Shown piece by piece: positions 39,694 to 50,095 of a DNA stretch of 64,000 bases. The notes under the pieces are model-generated. The model made no database searches, was not told the DNA's origin, and saw only the letters and a list, made by a program, of their open reading frames with translations. The number at the start of each line of letters is the position of its first letter. Within the stretch, counting starts at the first letter, position 1. The stretch is from NCBI GenBank assembly GCA_963752285.1, contig CAVVXN010000003.1, positions 224,001 to 288,000 of the forward strand, given 5' to 3'. Made by a program: the position numbers and the translations under genes. Origin of the DNA: an uncultured Planctomycetota bacterium (GTDB lineage: Bacteria; Planctomycetota; PLA2; JAEUHO01).

Positions 39694-41057
39694 CCCTCCG
39701 CGTCGTGGACCCGTTCGCGAGCGTCGTCGCGCGCGTGTTCCAACCGCTCCACCTGCGCCGCGAGGGGGTCACGCGGCTCGCCTGGATCGGGAGCGTCGAG
39801 CGGCGTCTTTCCGCGCCGCGCTCCCTCCTCCCGCCGATGATCCTCGAGCGGGTCCGTTCCCACCTCGTGTACGCGCGGGAACGCTCGTCGTTCTACCGTC
39901 AGCGCTTCCGCGAGGCCGGCGTGGACGTGCGGAAGCTCGCGTCGCTCGGCGATCTCGCGGCGATCCCGCCGCTCGTCCGGGAGGACCTCGCGAACCACGC
40001 CGCCGACCTCCTCGCCCCGCGATTTCGCGGACGGCGGCTCGTGGAGGTCCGGACGGGGGGAACGACGTCCGCCCCGCTGCCCTTCGTGCAGGACTTCCCC
40101 GCGGCCCACCGGAAGGACGCGGCCGCCCTCGCGCTCCGTCGCCGGCTGGGCTGGGGCCGCGGCCTACGACAGGCGGCGCTCTGGGGCGCTGCCGAGGACC
40201 GTCCGCCGCCCGCGCGGGGGCGGCTGGGCCCCCTCAAGCGCGCCGTCCGCGGCCTCCTCGTGGACCGCCTCCTGTTCCTCGGCGCCTCGGACCTGACCGA
40301 CCTGCGCCTCGACGAGTACGCCGACCGCATCCGCCGGTTCCGGCCGCAGGCGATGCAGGCCTACCCCTCGGTCGTGGACCTCCTCGCGCGCCGGCTGCTC
40401 GCGACGGGGCGACGCCTCGAGGTGCCGCTCGTGCTCCTGACCGCGGAGCCCGTGCTGCCGGCGGTCCGCGCGCGCGTGGGCGACGCGCTCGGCGCGTGCG
40501 TGAAGAGCTTCTACGGCGCGCGGGAGGTCGGCTGGATCGCGGCGGAGACGACGCGGTGCCCCCGCCTCCACGTGAACACGGCCACCCTCTGGCTCGAGCA
40601 CGACGACGAGGGCCGCCTCCTCGTGACCGACCTCGAGAACCGCGCGATGCCGCTGATCCGCTACGCGGTGGGCGACCTCGGCCGCGTGGACCTCGACCCG
40701 TGCCCCTGCGGCGACCCGAGACCCGTGCTCGGTCGCCTCGAGGGGCGCGCCGGCGACATGCTCGTGCTGCCGTCGGGGGCGCGGGTCCCCGGCGTGATCC
40801 TCGACCAGCGCAACGTCGCGCTCCAGCGCGGGCTGCTCGAGGTGCAGCTGGTCCAGAGGGATCCCCGCAGGCTGGAGGTGCGCTACGTTCCCAGTCCGCA
40901 CTTCCACGACCAGACGCTCCCGGCGCTCTGCGAGCACCTGAACGGAATCTGCCGCGGCGAGCTCGTCCTCGACCTTCGTCGCGTGGACCGCGTCGAGCGG
41001 TCGGAGAACGGGAAGGTCCGCTACGTGATCTCGCGGGTCGCCGGGGCGGGGCGATGA
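39690..41057 (+). CDS. Phenylacetate-CoA ligase / CapK-like adenylate-forming enzyme (second)
   Basis: TGGTTSAP, AYPS, YGAREVG, VTDLENRAMPLIRYAVGD, GRAGD, NGKVR. Confidence 0.85.
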   Translation: MTLRVVDPFASVVARVFQPLHLRREGVTRLAWIGSVERRLSAPRSLLPPMILERVRSHLVYARERSSFYRQRFREAGVDVRKLASLGDLAAIPPLVREDLANHAADLLAPRFRGRRLVEVRTGGTTSAPLPFVQDFPAAHRKDAAALALRRRLGWGRGLRQAALWGAAEDRPPPARGRLGPLKRAVRGLLVDRLLFLGASDLTDLRLDEYADRIRRFRPQAMQAYPSVVDLLARRLLATGRRLEVPLVLLTAEPVLPAVRARVGDALGACVKSFYGAREVGWIAAETTRCPRLHVNTATLWLEHDDEGRLLVTDLENRAMPLIRYAVGDLGRVDLDPCPCGDPRPVLGRLEGRAGDMLVLPSGARVPGVILDQRNVALQRGLLEVQLVQRDPRRLEVRYVPSPHFHDQTLPALCEHLNGICRGELVLDLRRVDRVERSENGKVRYVISRVAGAGR

Positions 41058-42289
41058 TGCGCGTCCTCGCCTTGGACGAGGCGCTCCCCTGGCCTCTCGA
41101 CTCGGGGAAGCGCATCCGGACCTGGGCCCTCCTCTCGCGCCTCGCGCGGGACTTCGAGATCGTGCTCGCGTACCCCGAGGCCGAGCCGCCCTCGCGCGAG
41201 GCGGTCGCCGCGTTCGGGGACGCCGGGATCGCCCTTCGCGCCGTGCCCCGGCGCGCGCTCGGGAAGCGCGGCGTCCGGTTCGCGTGGGACCTCCTGCGAA
41301 ACGTCGTCCTGCCAATGCCGTACATGGTGATGGCGCACGCGCCCCGCGGCGTGCGGCGCGAGGTCGCCGCGATCCTCGGGCGCGAGCGCTTCGACCTCGT
41401 GCACGTGGAGTGGACCCCGCTCGTGCGAAACGTCCCGGCCGACGCCCGCCTCCCCGTGGTCGTCGCGGCGCACAACGTCGAGACCGCGATCTGGGAGCGG
41501 ACGCTCGAGGCCGAGCGGCGACCGCTTCGTCGCGCGTACGTCGCACTGCAGGTCGTGAAGGTCCGGCGCTTCGAGCGTCGCGCGCTGGCGCGCGCGGACC
41601 GGGTGATCGCGGTGAGCCCGGACGACGCCGAGCGCATCCGTGCCGAGACGGGGCAGACGCGCATCACGGTCGTGCCGAACGGCGTGGACCCGCGTACGTT
41701 CGCGCCGCGGGACGACGTCCGGCCCGTGCCGGGCTCGGCCGTGTTCGTGGGCTCGCTCGACTGGCGGCCCAACCAGGACGGCCTGATCTGGTTCCTGGAC
41801 GAGGTGTGGCCCCGGGTCCTCGCGCGGCGCGCCGACGCGACCTTCGTCGCCGTCGGCCGCGCGCCGCCGGCCTGGCTCGCGCGGCGCCTCGGGTCCGCGC
41901 CGCGTACGCGCCTCGTCGCGGACGCGCCCGACGTCCGACCGTACGTCCTCGGCGCGGCCACGAGCGTCGTGCCGCTCCGGATCGGCGGTGGGTCGCGTCT
42001 CAAGATCCTCGAGGCGCTCGCGATGGAGCGTCCCGTCGTCTCGACGACGGTCGGCGGGGAGGGCCTGGACCTGGGCGAGGGCGTCGCCGTGGCCGACGGC
42101 CCCGAGGGGCTCGCGGACGCGATCGAGAACGTGTTCGAGCGTCCGGACGAGGCGCGGCGCGCCGCGCGACGTGGGCGCGAGACCGTCCTCCGGCACCATG
42201 CGTGGGACGTCCTCGCGCCGCTCCAGGCGGAGGCGTGGCGCGCCGCGGCGGGGGCGGGACACCGCGCGCCCGGGGAGGGCACGGCGTGA
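41054..42289 (+). CDS. GT4 glycosyltransferase (PEP-CTERM EPS-associated type)
   Basis: WPLDSGKRIR, HNVE, VPNGVD, GSLDWRPNQDG, PLRIGGGSRLKILEALA. Confidence 0.9.
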   Translation: MMRVLALDEALPWPLDSGKRIRTWALLSRLARDFEIVLAYPEAEPPSREAVAAFGDAGIALRAVPRRALGKRGVRFAWDLLRNVVLPMPYMVMAHAPRGVRREVAAILGRERFDLVHVEWTPLVRNVPADARLPVVVAAHNVETAIWERTLEAERRPLRRAYVALQVVKVRRFERRALARADRVIAVSPDDAERIRAETGQTRITVVPNGVDPRTFAPRDDVRPVPGSAVFVGSLDWRPNQDGLIWFLDEVWPRVLARRADATFVAVGRAPPAWLARRLGSAPRTRLVADAPDVRPYVLGAATSVVPLRIGGGSRLKILEALAMERPVVSTTVGGEGLDLGEGVAVADGPEGLADAIENVFERPDEARRAARRGRETVLRHHAWDVLAPLQAEAWRAAAGAGHRAPGEGTA

Positions 42290-43194
42290 GCGCCCTCCTC
42301 GACGCCGCGCTCTGTGCGCTCGGCGCGGACCGCGCACTGCGACGCCTGCGTCGCCACGACCTGGCCGTGCTCATGTACCACGGGCTCGCCGAACGCGCGC
42401 TCGACCCGTTCTGCTGGCACGTGCTCGACGTCGCCCGCTTCCGGCGGCAGGTCGAGTGGGCGGCGGCGCGGTACACGGTGCTCCCGCTCGCGGACGCGCT
42501 CGACCGCTGGCGTGCGGGGACGCTTCCCGAGCGCTCCCTGGCGCTCACCTTCGACGACGGCTACGAGAGCGTCGTCCGGCTGGGGTTGCCGATCCTCGAG
42601 CGTCTGGGCCTCCCCGCGACGGTCTTCCTGGTGACGGAGGCCGTGGACCTCGGCCAGCGCCTCTGGCCGGACCGCGTGTACGCGCACCTCGCGGCGGCGG
42701 GCGACGACGTGCCGGCCATCGACGCGGCGCTCGCGCGGATGAAGTCGATGTCACGCGAGGAGAAGGCCTTGCACCTCGTCCGCCTCGAGGCGCAAGCGCC
42801 CTCCGGGCTCCGAGAGCGGCTCGCGCCCTTTCGCCTGCTCACGTGGGACGACGTGACGCGCGCGGCCGCGGGCGGCCTTCTCGACTTCGGGCCGCACTCG
42901 CTCACGCACGAGATCCTGTCGCGGTGCGACGACCACGAGGTCGTCCGCCAGGTGTCGGGGTCGGTCGAGGCGGTGGCCCGCCACGTCGGCCGAAGGCCGA
43001 GGGTGTTCGCGTACCCCAACGGACGGCTCGTGGACTTCGACGATCGCGCGCGCGCGGCGGTCGCGGCCGCGGGCCTCGAATACGCCCTCGCGACCGTCCC
43101 GGGCGCGGTGGGGCGCACGGCCGACCCGTACGCGCTGCCCCGGGTCTCGATCGGCGCGGACCTCTCGTTCGTGCGGTTCCGACTCCTCGTCTGA
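42286..43194 (+). CDS. Polysaccharide deacetylase (CE4)
   Basis: LMYHG, LTFDDGY, HSLTHEIL, FAYPNG. Confidence 0.9.
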   Translation: MSALLDAALCALGADRALRRLRRHDLAVLMYHGLAERALDPFCWHVLDVARFRRQVEWAAARYTVLPLADALDRWRAGTLPERSLALTFDDGYESVVRLGLPILERLGLPATVFLVTEAVDLGQRLWPDRVYAHLAAAGDDVPAIDAALARMKSMSREEKALHLVRLEAQAPSGLRERLAPFRLLTWDDVTRAAAGGLLDFGPHSLTHEILSRCDDHEVVRQVSGSVEAVARHVGRRPRVFAYPNGRLVDFDDRARAAVAAAGLEYALATVPGAVGRTADPYALPRVSIGADLSFVRFRLLV

Positions 43195-43326
43195 GACCGG
43201 TCGCGGTCGGCCGCCCCCCGCCGGCCCCGTCCCGGGCGTCCTTCGCCGGCCCCAAGGGGTAGGATCCGCCGACCGTTCGCGGCGGCTCGTGCCCCGTCGG
43301 GCGGTCCCGATCTCCTGGAGTGCACC

Positions 43327-43935
43327 ATGGTGCGAAGCCCGCGCGTCCGAACCGTCGTCCTCTCCGCTCTGGCGGTCCTCGTCGCCGGCGGCATCGCCCT
43401 CGCCGCCGACCACTGGAAGCCGAACGAGTACAAGGGGCCGGCGCGCTACAAGTACAAGGTCACCAGCTACGACGGGGACCAGAAGAACGAGGTGGTCTAC
43501 ATCCTCGACATCCAGGCCACCGGTCAGAAGAACGCCGACGGCCAGCCGCTCCTCCGCGTGTCCACGACGACCGAGACCCTGACGACCCAGGACGACCTCA
43601 CGAGCTCGGGATACCTCGGCTTCTCGCCCGCGCAGGCGTGGGCGCCCCTCGTCGCGAGCAGCGCGATGTACATCGCGTGGATGGGCCAGCTCGACCTGGA
43701 GGTGGGCGAGAAGATGAGCTTCTTCGGCGTGGGGAAGGCGAAGGTGCTCGCGAAGGAGACCGTCGCCGGCGTCGAAGGCTACGCCTGCGAGATCTCCATG
43801 AAGGACGGCGACGAGGAGAAGAAGGTCGCGGACCTCGTCGTGAGCCCGGACCTGCCCCTCGCGCTGAGGAGCCGGACGTACTCGGACGGAAAGGTGCAGT
43901 TCGAGATGGAGCTCCTGGAGTACCAGAAGCACTGA
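43327..43935 (+). CDS. Secreted beta-rich hypothetical protein
   Basis: Signal peptide ending in ALA; GGAG RBS; KETVAGVEGYAC motif reminiscent of LolA/RseB/DUF4412-like folds. Confidence 0.7.
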   Translation: MVRSPRVRTVVLSALAVLVAGGIALAADHWKPNEYKGPARYKYKVTSYDGDQKNEVVYILDIQATGQKNADGQPLLRVSTTTETLTTQDDLTSSGYLGFSPAQAWAPLVASSAMYIAWMGQLDLEVGEKMSFFGVGKAKVLAKETVAGVEGYACEISMKDGDEEKKVADLVVSPDLPLALRSRTYSDGKVQFEMELLEYQKH

Positions 43936-44205
43936 TCCGGCGGCGCGGACCCGCGGGTTCTCCCGAGCACGCGCGCGCGTCCCGAGCGGGGACCGTGCCC
44001 GCCGCGGGCGGGCGCTCCGCGGGTCCGCGGCGCCTCGGCGCGCGAGAGCGCGCTCGTTCACGTGCTCGTGCGGGGGGGCGCGATCGTTCTCGTGCTCGTG
44101 GAGGTGGCCGCGTGGGGGTCGCCTGCTACGCTCCGGACGAGCGGGGCCTTCGCCGGGGAGCCCGAGAGGCGCGGCGCGGCCCCGCGGTCCCTCGGGGGGG
44201 CCTCG

Positions 44206-44802
44206 GTGCGGGATCCCGGTCCGAACAGAGACGCGGAGGAGGCTCGGTTCCGCCGCGGTGTCCGCTGCCTTTGCCCGGAGGCGTGGGAGCGTCTCGTGCT
44301 CGAGGCGGGCCCGGTCGTCGGGCGGACCATCGCGCGGAGGCTCCCGTCGTTCGCCGACCGCGAGGGCGTCGCCGGCGAGACGTGGTACCAGGCCGTTCGG
44401 AGCGTCGGGCGCTACCTCCCGGAGCGCGACCCGCGCGCGTGGGTCGTCGGCATCTGCCGCCTGGTGTGTCGGAGCGAGCGGCGTGCGCTCGGCCGGGCCG
44501 CGGGCCGTGCGATCGGTCCCGTGCCCCGACGTCGGGGCTCGCTCCCGCCCGTCTGGGTCCACGAGGCGCACGAGCACCTCGCGACGGCCGTCATGCGCCT
44601 GCCCCGACGCGAGCGGGAGGTGGTGTTCCTCCGCTACCAGCACGGGTACGACGCCGCCGACATCGCCCGGGTGCTGGGCGTCGACGTGTCCGTCGTGCGG
44701 CACACGCTGAGGAAGGCGCTCCTCCGTCTCCAGGAGGGAGACCGGACGAAGACGCTCCGACGCTGCCGCGAGCTCCTGGCCGAGAGCGAGCCGGCCCGAT
44801 GA
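44206..44802 (+). CDS. ECF RNA polymerase sigma factor
   Basis: EAWERLV, PRAWVVGI (region 2); LPRREREVVFLRY..GYDAADIARVLG...VVRHTLRKALLRL (region 4); start uncertain. Confidence 0.8.
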   Translation: MRDPGPNRDAEEARFRRGVRCLCPEAWERLVLEAGPVVGRTIARRLPSFADREGVAGETWYQAVRSVGRYLPERDPRAWVVGICRLVCRSERRALGRAAGRAIGPVPRRRGSLPPVWVHEAHEHLATAVMRLPRREREVVFLRYQHGYDAADIARVLGVDVSVVRHTLRKALLRLQEGDRTKTLRRCRELLAESEPAR

Positions 44803-46268
44803 GCCCCCCGCTCGGCGCGTGCGACCGCCTCGTGGACGCGCTCCTCGACGGCAGCTACGACGAGGCGCCCTCCGCGTGGGCCCCGCACCTCGCCGGGTGC
44901 GGGGCGTGCCGCGACGCCGTGGCGGGGCACCGGTACCTGTGCGGGCTCTTCGCGTCCGAGGCGGGTGGAGCGCCGTCCGAGGACGGGGCGCGTCGTGACG
45001 AGGCGCGCGCCACCGTCCGCCGCGCCCTCGACCGGAACCGTCGCCGGCGGCGGTGGCGGGCGTCCCGCTTCGCCGCCGCCGCCGCCGCCGTTCTCGCGCT
45101 CGCCTTCGTGACGCGCTCGGACGCCGAGGCGCGGTACCGGCTCCCGGCGGACCCGATGGCCCGGGCCATGTACCTCTTCCGCGCGACCTGGGGCTACGAC
45201 CGAGGCGACCTCGGGCGCCTCAAGCGCGACCCGGAGATGCGCGCCCTGTTCGTCCGCGCGCTCGACGACGAGTCGTCCATCGTGCGCCGGTTCGCGATCG
45301 ACGGTCTGCTCGAGAGCGGCGTCGCGGTGGATGCGCGGCACATCGACGAGGCGCTCACGAGCTGGGGGGAGAACCTCCTCGAGCCGCTGGAGCTGGCGGC
45401 GAGCGCCGACGGCGGCCGGTACCTCGGCGACGCGCTCCGCGCCCAGCGCACGGAGACGCTCGCGAACGTCCTGGAGGGGTTGATCGTCACGTTCGCCCAG
45501 GGCCACCTGGAGGTCGATGCGTCGCACGTCGTCCCCTTCCTGGACGACCCCGACGCCCGCGTGCGCCGGGCCGCGGTCCTGGCGCTCGAGTGGCATCCCG
45601 GCTACGCGCCGGGCCCGGAGATGGAGCGCCTCGTGGAGAGGGACCCCGATCCCGAGGTGCGCCGCACGGCCGCGGGCCTGCTCCTGAAGAAGCGGGGCGG
45701 GGACGCCGTCCCGTTCCTCGTGGGCACGCTCCGGTCGCACGAGGATCCGAAGCTCGAGAGCTTCGTGGCGTACCTGCTCGGGGCCTACGACGAGGGCCGC
45801 GCGCTCTCGCGCGACCGGCTCGCCTCCCGGGACACCGAGATCTCGCTCGCGATGGTCCACCTGACGGTGCTCTGGCGGGCGGGCGAGAAGCAGCGTCGCG
45901 ACGACTGGATCGCGCGGGCGCTCTCGAGCCCGAGCGTGGAGGCGCACCGACTCCTCTCGGAGCTCGCCGCGCGCGCGGGGTGGGACGACCTGTGGGACCC
46001 GCTCGAGGCCTGCTGGGACCGCGACGAAGACGGCTTCCTCCGCGACCACTTCGGTGCGGACCTCGTCGACTGGGACCTCGCGCGGGGCGAGGACGGCTGG
46101 CTCGAGCGCGCGCAGGGCGTGTTCGTCCGTTCGGGCCGGTACCAGGGGATCACGGTCTCGCGCAGCTTCGCGCGGTTTCGCCAGAAGACGCCGAGCCCCG
46201 CGGTGGTGGAGCGGACCCTCCGTTTCCTCCACAGCCTGGGGATCCCCGCGGAGGGGCCAGGCAGGTAG
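44799..46268 (+). CDS. Zinc-binding anti-sigma factor with TM helix and HEAT-repeat C-terminus
   Basis: HLAGCGAC (HxxxCxxC); TM AAAAAVLALAFV; LDDESSIVRRFA, LDDPDARVRRAA, DPDPEVRRTAA; ATGA overlap with the sigma gene. Confidence 0.8.
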   Translation: MSPPLGACDRLVDALLDGSYDEAPSAWAPHLAGCGACRDAVAGHRYLCGLFASEAGGAPSEDGARRDEARATVRRALDRNRRRRRWRASRFAAAAAAVLALAFVTRSDAEARYRLPADPMARAMYLFRATWGYDRGDLGRLKRDPEMRALFVRALDDESSIVRRFAIDGLLESGVAVDARHIDEALTSWGENLLEPLELAASADGGRYLGDALRAQRTETLANVLEGLIVTFAQGHLEVDASHVVPFLDDPDARVRRAAVLALEWHPGYAPGPEMERLVERDPDPEVRRTAAGLLLKKRGGDAVPFLVGTLRSHEDPKLESFVAYLLGAYDEGRALSRDRLASRDTEISLAMVHLTVLWRAGEKQRRDDWIARALSSPSVEAHRLLSELAARAGWDDLWDPLEACWDRDEDGFLRDHFGADLVDWDLARGEDGWLERAQGVFVRSGRYQGITVSRSFARFRQKTPSPAVVERTLRFLHSLGIPAEGPGR

Positions 46269-46517
46269 GCGTACCCCTCCCGACGGGGTCGGCGGTCGCT
46301 CGTCTGAGGGCGCGCCGGCTCTCGCGAGCGGGCTCGCCGCGGTGCTCTCCCTCTCATCCCGCGGGTCGCTCCCGGTCGGACCCCGACTCGTGAGCGCCCG
46401 CTCGTGGCGGGTCCGTGGCTCCGTGGACGGACGAGCCGTCTTCGGACCGCGTGGCCTCCACCCTTCCTTTGGGTCGGAGGCCGCGAAAGGGTTCCACGAT
46501 TCTCGTGATGCTGAGCA

Positions 46518-47780
46518 TCAGCGGGGCTGATGGACCGCGCGGGCGGCGGACGGACGCGTGCGGCGGGTCGGCATCTTCGAGACGACGCGACCGCCCGACC
46601 GGCCGTCTCGGCTCCGGTCCGGCGCGGGGCCGGGGACGTCGAGGGCGCGCGGGCCCGCGCCGACGAGGGCGCGGAAGATCGACTCGAGCCGCGCGGTCTG
46701 GGCCGCGGCGCCGAAGCGCTCGCGGACGCGCGCCGCCGCCCGGGTCGCCCGGGCGCCCGCGTCCTCGGGATCGGCGAGCGCGTCCGAGAGCGCGCGCCGA
46801 AGAGCCTCGACGTCGCCGGGCGGCACGAGCCTCCCCGCCCGCCCGTGGTCGAGCGCGTCCGCGACGGCTCCCACGTCGGTCGCGACGACCGGGACGCCGG
46901 CCGCCATCGCCTCGAGCACGGCCAGGGGAAGCCCCTCCGCACGCGAAGGGAGGACCAGCAGGTCGGCCGCGCCGAGGCACGCGTGCGGGTCGTCCCGCCA
47001 GCCGACGAGGCGCACGCGTCCTGAGAGGTCGGCCCGCGCCGCGCGGGCCTCCAGCGCGCCGCGGAGCGCGCCGTCGCCGACCAGGACGAGCCGCGCGTTC
47101 GCAACACGGGTCCGCGCGAAGGCCTCCAGGAGCACGTCCTGACCCTTCTCGGGGCTCAGGCGGCCGAGACAGAGCAGGACGCGTTCGTCCTCTCCGACGC
47201 CGAACGCGGCCCGCGAGGCCGCGCGCCCGGCCCGCGCCGCGTCGGCCACCTCGTCGGCGGCGACGCCGTTCGGCACGACGACGAGGCGGGCGCGCGGCGT
47301 GCCGGAGGCGGAGAGGCGGGCGGCGAGCGCCTCGGACGGCACGACGACCCGGTCCCAGCTCGGGAGCACCCGCCGGTCGAGGGCCTCGAAGACGCGCACC
47401 TTCCAGTCCTGTGCCGTGTAGCCGTGGACCACGGCGACGCGGGGTCGGTCGCGGGCGGCCAGGTACGCGACGAGGTCCGCCCGGTAGTCGTGGCTGACCA
47501 CGACGTGCGGGTCGAGGCGACGGACGAGCGCGCGGGCGCGGCGCCACGCGCGCGGGTCGTACGAGCCGCCACGGCCGATCGCCTCCGTCGCGATCCCGAG
47601 CGCGCGCGCGCGGTCGAGGAGCGGGTGAACCGTCCCGGGCGCTGCGAACGCCGCGAGCGTCACGTCGAGGTCGCTCGCGGCGAGGCGCGCCTGGTCGAGC
47701 AGCAGGCGTTCGGGGCCGCCGAAGCGGTCGCTGTTCCTCACGTGGAGGACGCGGATCGTCCGGGGCGCGCTCGCGGTCAC
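46518..47780 (-). CDS. GT4 glycosyltransferase
   Basis: GGPER, VVHG, VPNGV, GRLSPEKG, PSRAEGLPLAVLEAMAAG. Confidence 0.9.
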   Translation of the reverse strand: MTASAPRTIRVLHVRNSDRFGGPERLLLDQARLAASDLDVTLAAFAAPGTVHPLLDRARALGIATEAIGRGGSYDPRAWRRARALVRRLDPHVVVSHDYRADLVAYLAARDRPRVAVVHGYTAQDWKVRVFEALDRRVLPSWDRVVVPSEALAARLSASGTPRARLVVVPNGVAADEVADAARAGRAASRAAFGVGEDERVLLCLGRLSPEKGQDVLLEAFARTRVANARLVLVGDGALRGALEARAARADLSGRVRLVGWRDDPHACLGAADLLVLPSRAEGLPLAVLEAMAAGVPVVATDVGAVADALDHGRAGRLVPPGDVEALRRALSDALADPEDAGARATRAAARVRERFGAAAQTARLESIFRALVGAGPRALDVPGPAPDRSRDGRSGGRVVSKMPTRRTRPSAARAVHQPR

Positions 47781-50095
47781 GGTCCCCGGTCCTCGACGCG
47801 CGTCGTGACGAGCGCGCCGGCGCCCGACGGGCCGAGGTGCCCCGCGAGGTCCACGGCCCGGACCGAGGGACGGTACGTCGTGGAGGGATCCAGACCCGCC
47901 ACCACGAACGCGGGCGCGTCGGTCACGCCGACGACGCGGTCGTCGAGCAGCACGACGTAGGCGAGGACGCCGGTGTCGTCCGCCGCGGGGGTCCAGCGCA
48001 GGTACACGCGGCTGGCCGAGAGCGGCGACGCCACGACGGCGTCCGGCGCGGCGGGCGCGGTGCCGTCGGCCGTCGCGGAGGCGGTCGCGAGGTCCACGAC
48101 CCACGCGGTGGGGCCGTCCATCGCGACCGTCGCGCCCCACGCGCCGACGCCGGCCTTTGCGACGTCCACGCGGAACGGCCCCCGGGCGTCGAAGGCCGGG
48201 CCGCGCGTCACCGCCTCGACGAGGACGTCGCCCGCGAACCGGCCGTCCGTGCCGGTCGTGCCCTGGAGCACCACCTGCCCCGCCCGGTCGTGGACCGTCA
48301 CGGACGCGCCCGCGACCGGGACGGCGCCCTTCCGCACGAGGAGCGCGAGCGTCGCCTCGCGCGTCGAGTCGTAGGGGCCGGGGCTCGCCCACTGGCTCAC
48401 GCCGAGGGGGTCGGCGTCGCCCAGCGGGTCCTCGAACCGGGTGCCGTGGGTGGCGGAGGTGTCGCCCGTGAGGAAGTGCTCGAACACGAAGGCGTGTCCC
48501 GCGCCCTGGCTCGTGTCGCGCGTCCACCAGTTCCGGAGGTGCCGGCCTGCGCCCCCGCCGTCCCAGTCGTGGAACACGAGCACGTCGGTCGCCGTGAAGA
48601 CGTTCTCCTCGATCGTGACGTCCGCCGGCGCCACGGACGAGCCCCACGACCACGAGAGGGCGCGCGAGAGGAGGGACGGGGTCGTCGAGATCGCCTCGAA
48701 GCGGTTGTGGCGCACGAGGAGCCCCGTCGCCGAGCCGATCGAGAGGTCGAGCGCGTACACCTCGGCGTGCGCGGGGTCTGCGACGCCGCGCACGCGGTTC
48801 CGCTCGATGGTGACCGACGAGGCGCCCTCCATCTTGATGCCGTGCGCCCAGTGCTTGTCGGGGTACTCGGCGTTCGTCTGGTCCTGGAAGTCCACGGAGT
48901 TGTCGTGGATCCACGCGTCGTTGCCCTTCGCGTCGATCCCGTCGATGTGGATCCCGCGCGACTCCCCGTGGAGGACGTTCTCGTACACGTCCGCGCGCGG
49001 CTTGTGCACGGCGAGCATGTAGCCGTTCACCACGAGCGCCTTCGTCCCCTGGACGCGGTCGTGGTGGATCAGCACCCGGCCGTTCGTCTGGCGTCCCTCG
49101 ACGTTGATGCCCCACTGCGGGCTCGAGAGCACCGCGTCCTCGTCGACCTCCACCGAGTCGTCGGCCTGCTCGACGAAGATCGCGGCCACGCCGGGGTAGT
49201 GACGGTCGGACACCACGGTCGTCTGGCAGCGCACCGTCGTGTGGTCCACGCGCGCGTCCCCGGGCTCGACCAGCCACACGCCCATCGCGTCGGGGCCCGA
49301 GACCGTCACGTCGAGGTAGGAGATCCTCACCCCGTCGGTCCCGCGCATGTGGACCCCGTGCCCCCGCGCGCCCGACCCGCCCTGTACGAGCCGGCCGTGC
49401 CGGACGACCGTCGGCGCGCCGCGGCTCGGGTACTCCGCGTACACGCCCACCGCGTCGGGCGCGCCGCCCGTCCCGTACGTGACCGTGTGCCCGCCGAGGT
49501 CCAGCGTGACGCCGGCGCCCGTGACCCAGAACGCCGTGCCGGGCGTGGACACGTCCTTCGTGAGGAGGTAGGTCGCGCCGTCCTGGGCGAGGGTCGCGGG
49601 GCCCGAGATCGCGAGGCTGCCCGCCGGCGGCGCGGGGAGGTCGTCCCCGGCGACGCGCGCGGCGACGCCGATCCCGAGGGGCGTGAGCACGCCCGCCCGG
49701 CGCGCCTGCACGGCGAGCTGGAGGGTCCGCCCCGGCTCGAGGCCGCGGACCGTGATCGACTCCGGCTGTCCCGGGGCCTTCGGCGCGGCCGCGACGGCGA
49801 TCGTCTGGGCCTCCGAGAGGGTGTCGTCGGAGAGATGGCGGACGCCCGCGCGGACCACGTACGCCTCCGCCGGCCCCTCGCCGGCTCCGCCCGGCGCGAC
49901 GAAGTCGAGGACCACGCTGCCCGGCTCGGGACCGGTCCGGGCGAGGAGGCCCTCGACGGCGATGTCGAGCGGGACGTCCGGCGGCGTGACGGGGCCGGGG
50001 TCCACCGGCGGCGGGTTCCCGGCGGGCCCCGCCCCGCCCGCGCCGCCGCACGCCGAGAGGAGCACCCAGACGAGGACACCGAGGGAAGACGTCAC
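47777..50095 (-). CDS. Lipoprotein with FN3-like domains flanking a right-handed parallel beta-helix (pectin-lyase-like)
   Basis: LSAC lipobox; VTLDLGGHTV; repeated I..N..V strands (IHDNSV, IERNRV, VRHNRF, IEENVF); C-terminal W..A.DD.GV..Y...GL.P.T.Y...VRAVD.AG. Confidence 0.75.
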   Translation of the reverse strand: MTSSLGVLVWVLLSACGGAGGAGPAGNPPPVDPGPVTPPDVPLDIAVEGLLARTGPEPGSVVLDFVAPGGAGEGPAEAYVVRAGVRHLSDDTLSEAQTIAVAAAPKAPGQPESITVRGLEPGRTLQLAVQARRAGVLTPLGIGVAARVAGDDLPAPPAGSLAISGPATLAQDGATYLLTKDVSTPGTAFWVTGAGVTLDLGGHTVTYGTGGAPDAVGVYAEYPSRGAPTVVRHGRLVQGGSGARGHGVHMRGTDGVRISYLDVTVSGPDAMGVWLVEPGDARVDHTTVRCQTTVVSDRHYPGVAAIFVEQADDSVEVDEDAVLSSPQWGINVEGRQTNGRVLIHHDRVQGTKALVVNGYMLAVHKPRADVYENVLHGESRGIHIDGIDAKGNDAWIHDNSVDFQDQTNAEYPDKHWAHGIKMEGASSVTIERNRVRGVADPAHAEVYALDLSIGSATGLLVRHNRFEAISTTPSLLSRALSWSWGSSVAPADVTIEENVFTATDVLVFHDWDGGGAGRHLRNWWTRDTSQGAGHAFVFEHFLTGDTSATHGTRFEDPLGDADPLGVSQWASPGPYDSTREATLALLVRKGAVPVAGASVTVHDRAGQVVLQGTTGTDGRFAGDVLVEAVTRGPAFDARGPFRVDVAKAGVGAWGATVAMDGPTAWVVDLATASATADGTAPAAPDAVVASPLSASRVYLRWTPAADDTGVLAYVVLLDDRVVGVTDAPAFVVAGLDPSTTYRPSVRAVDLAGHLGPSGAGALVTTRVEDRGP

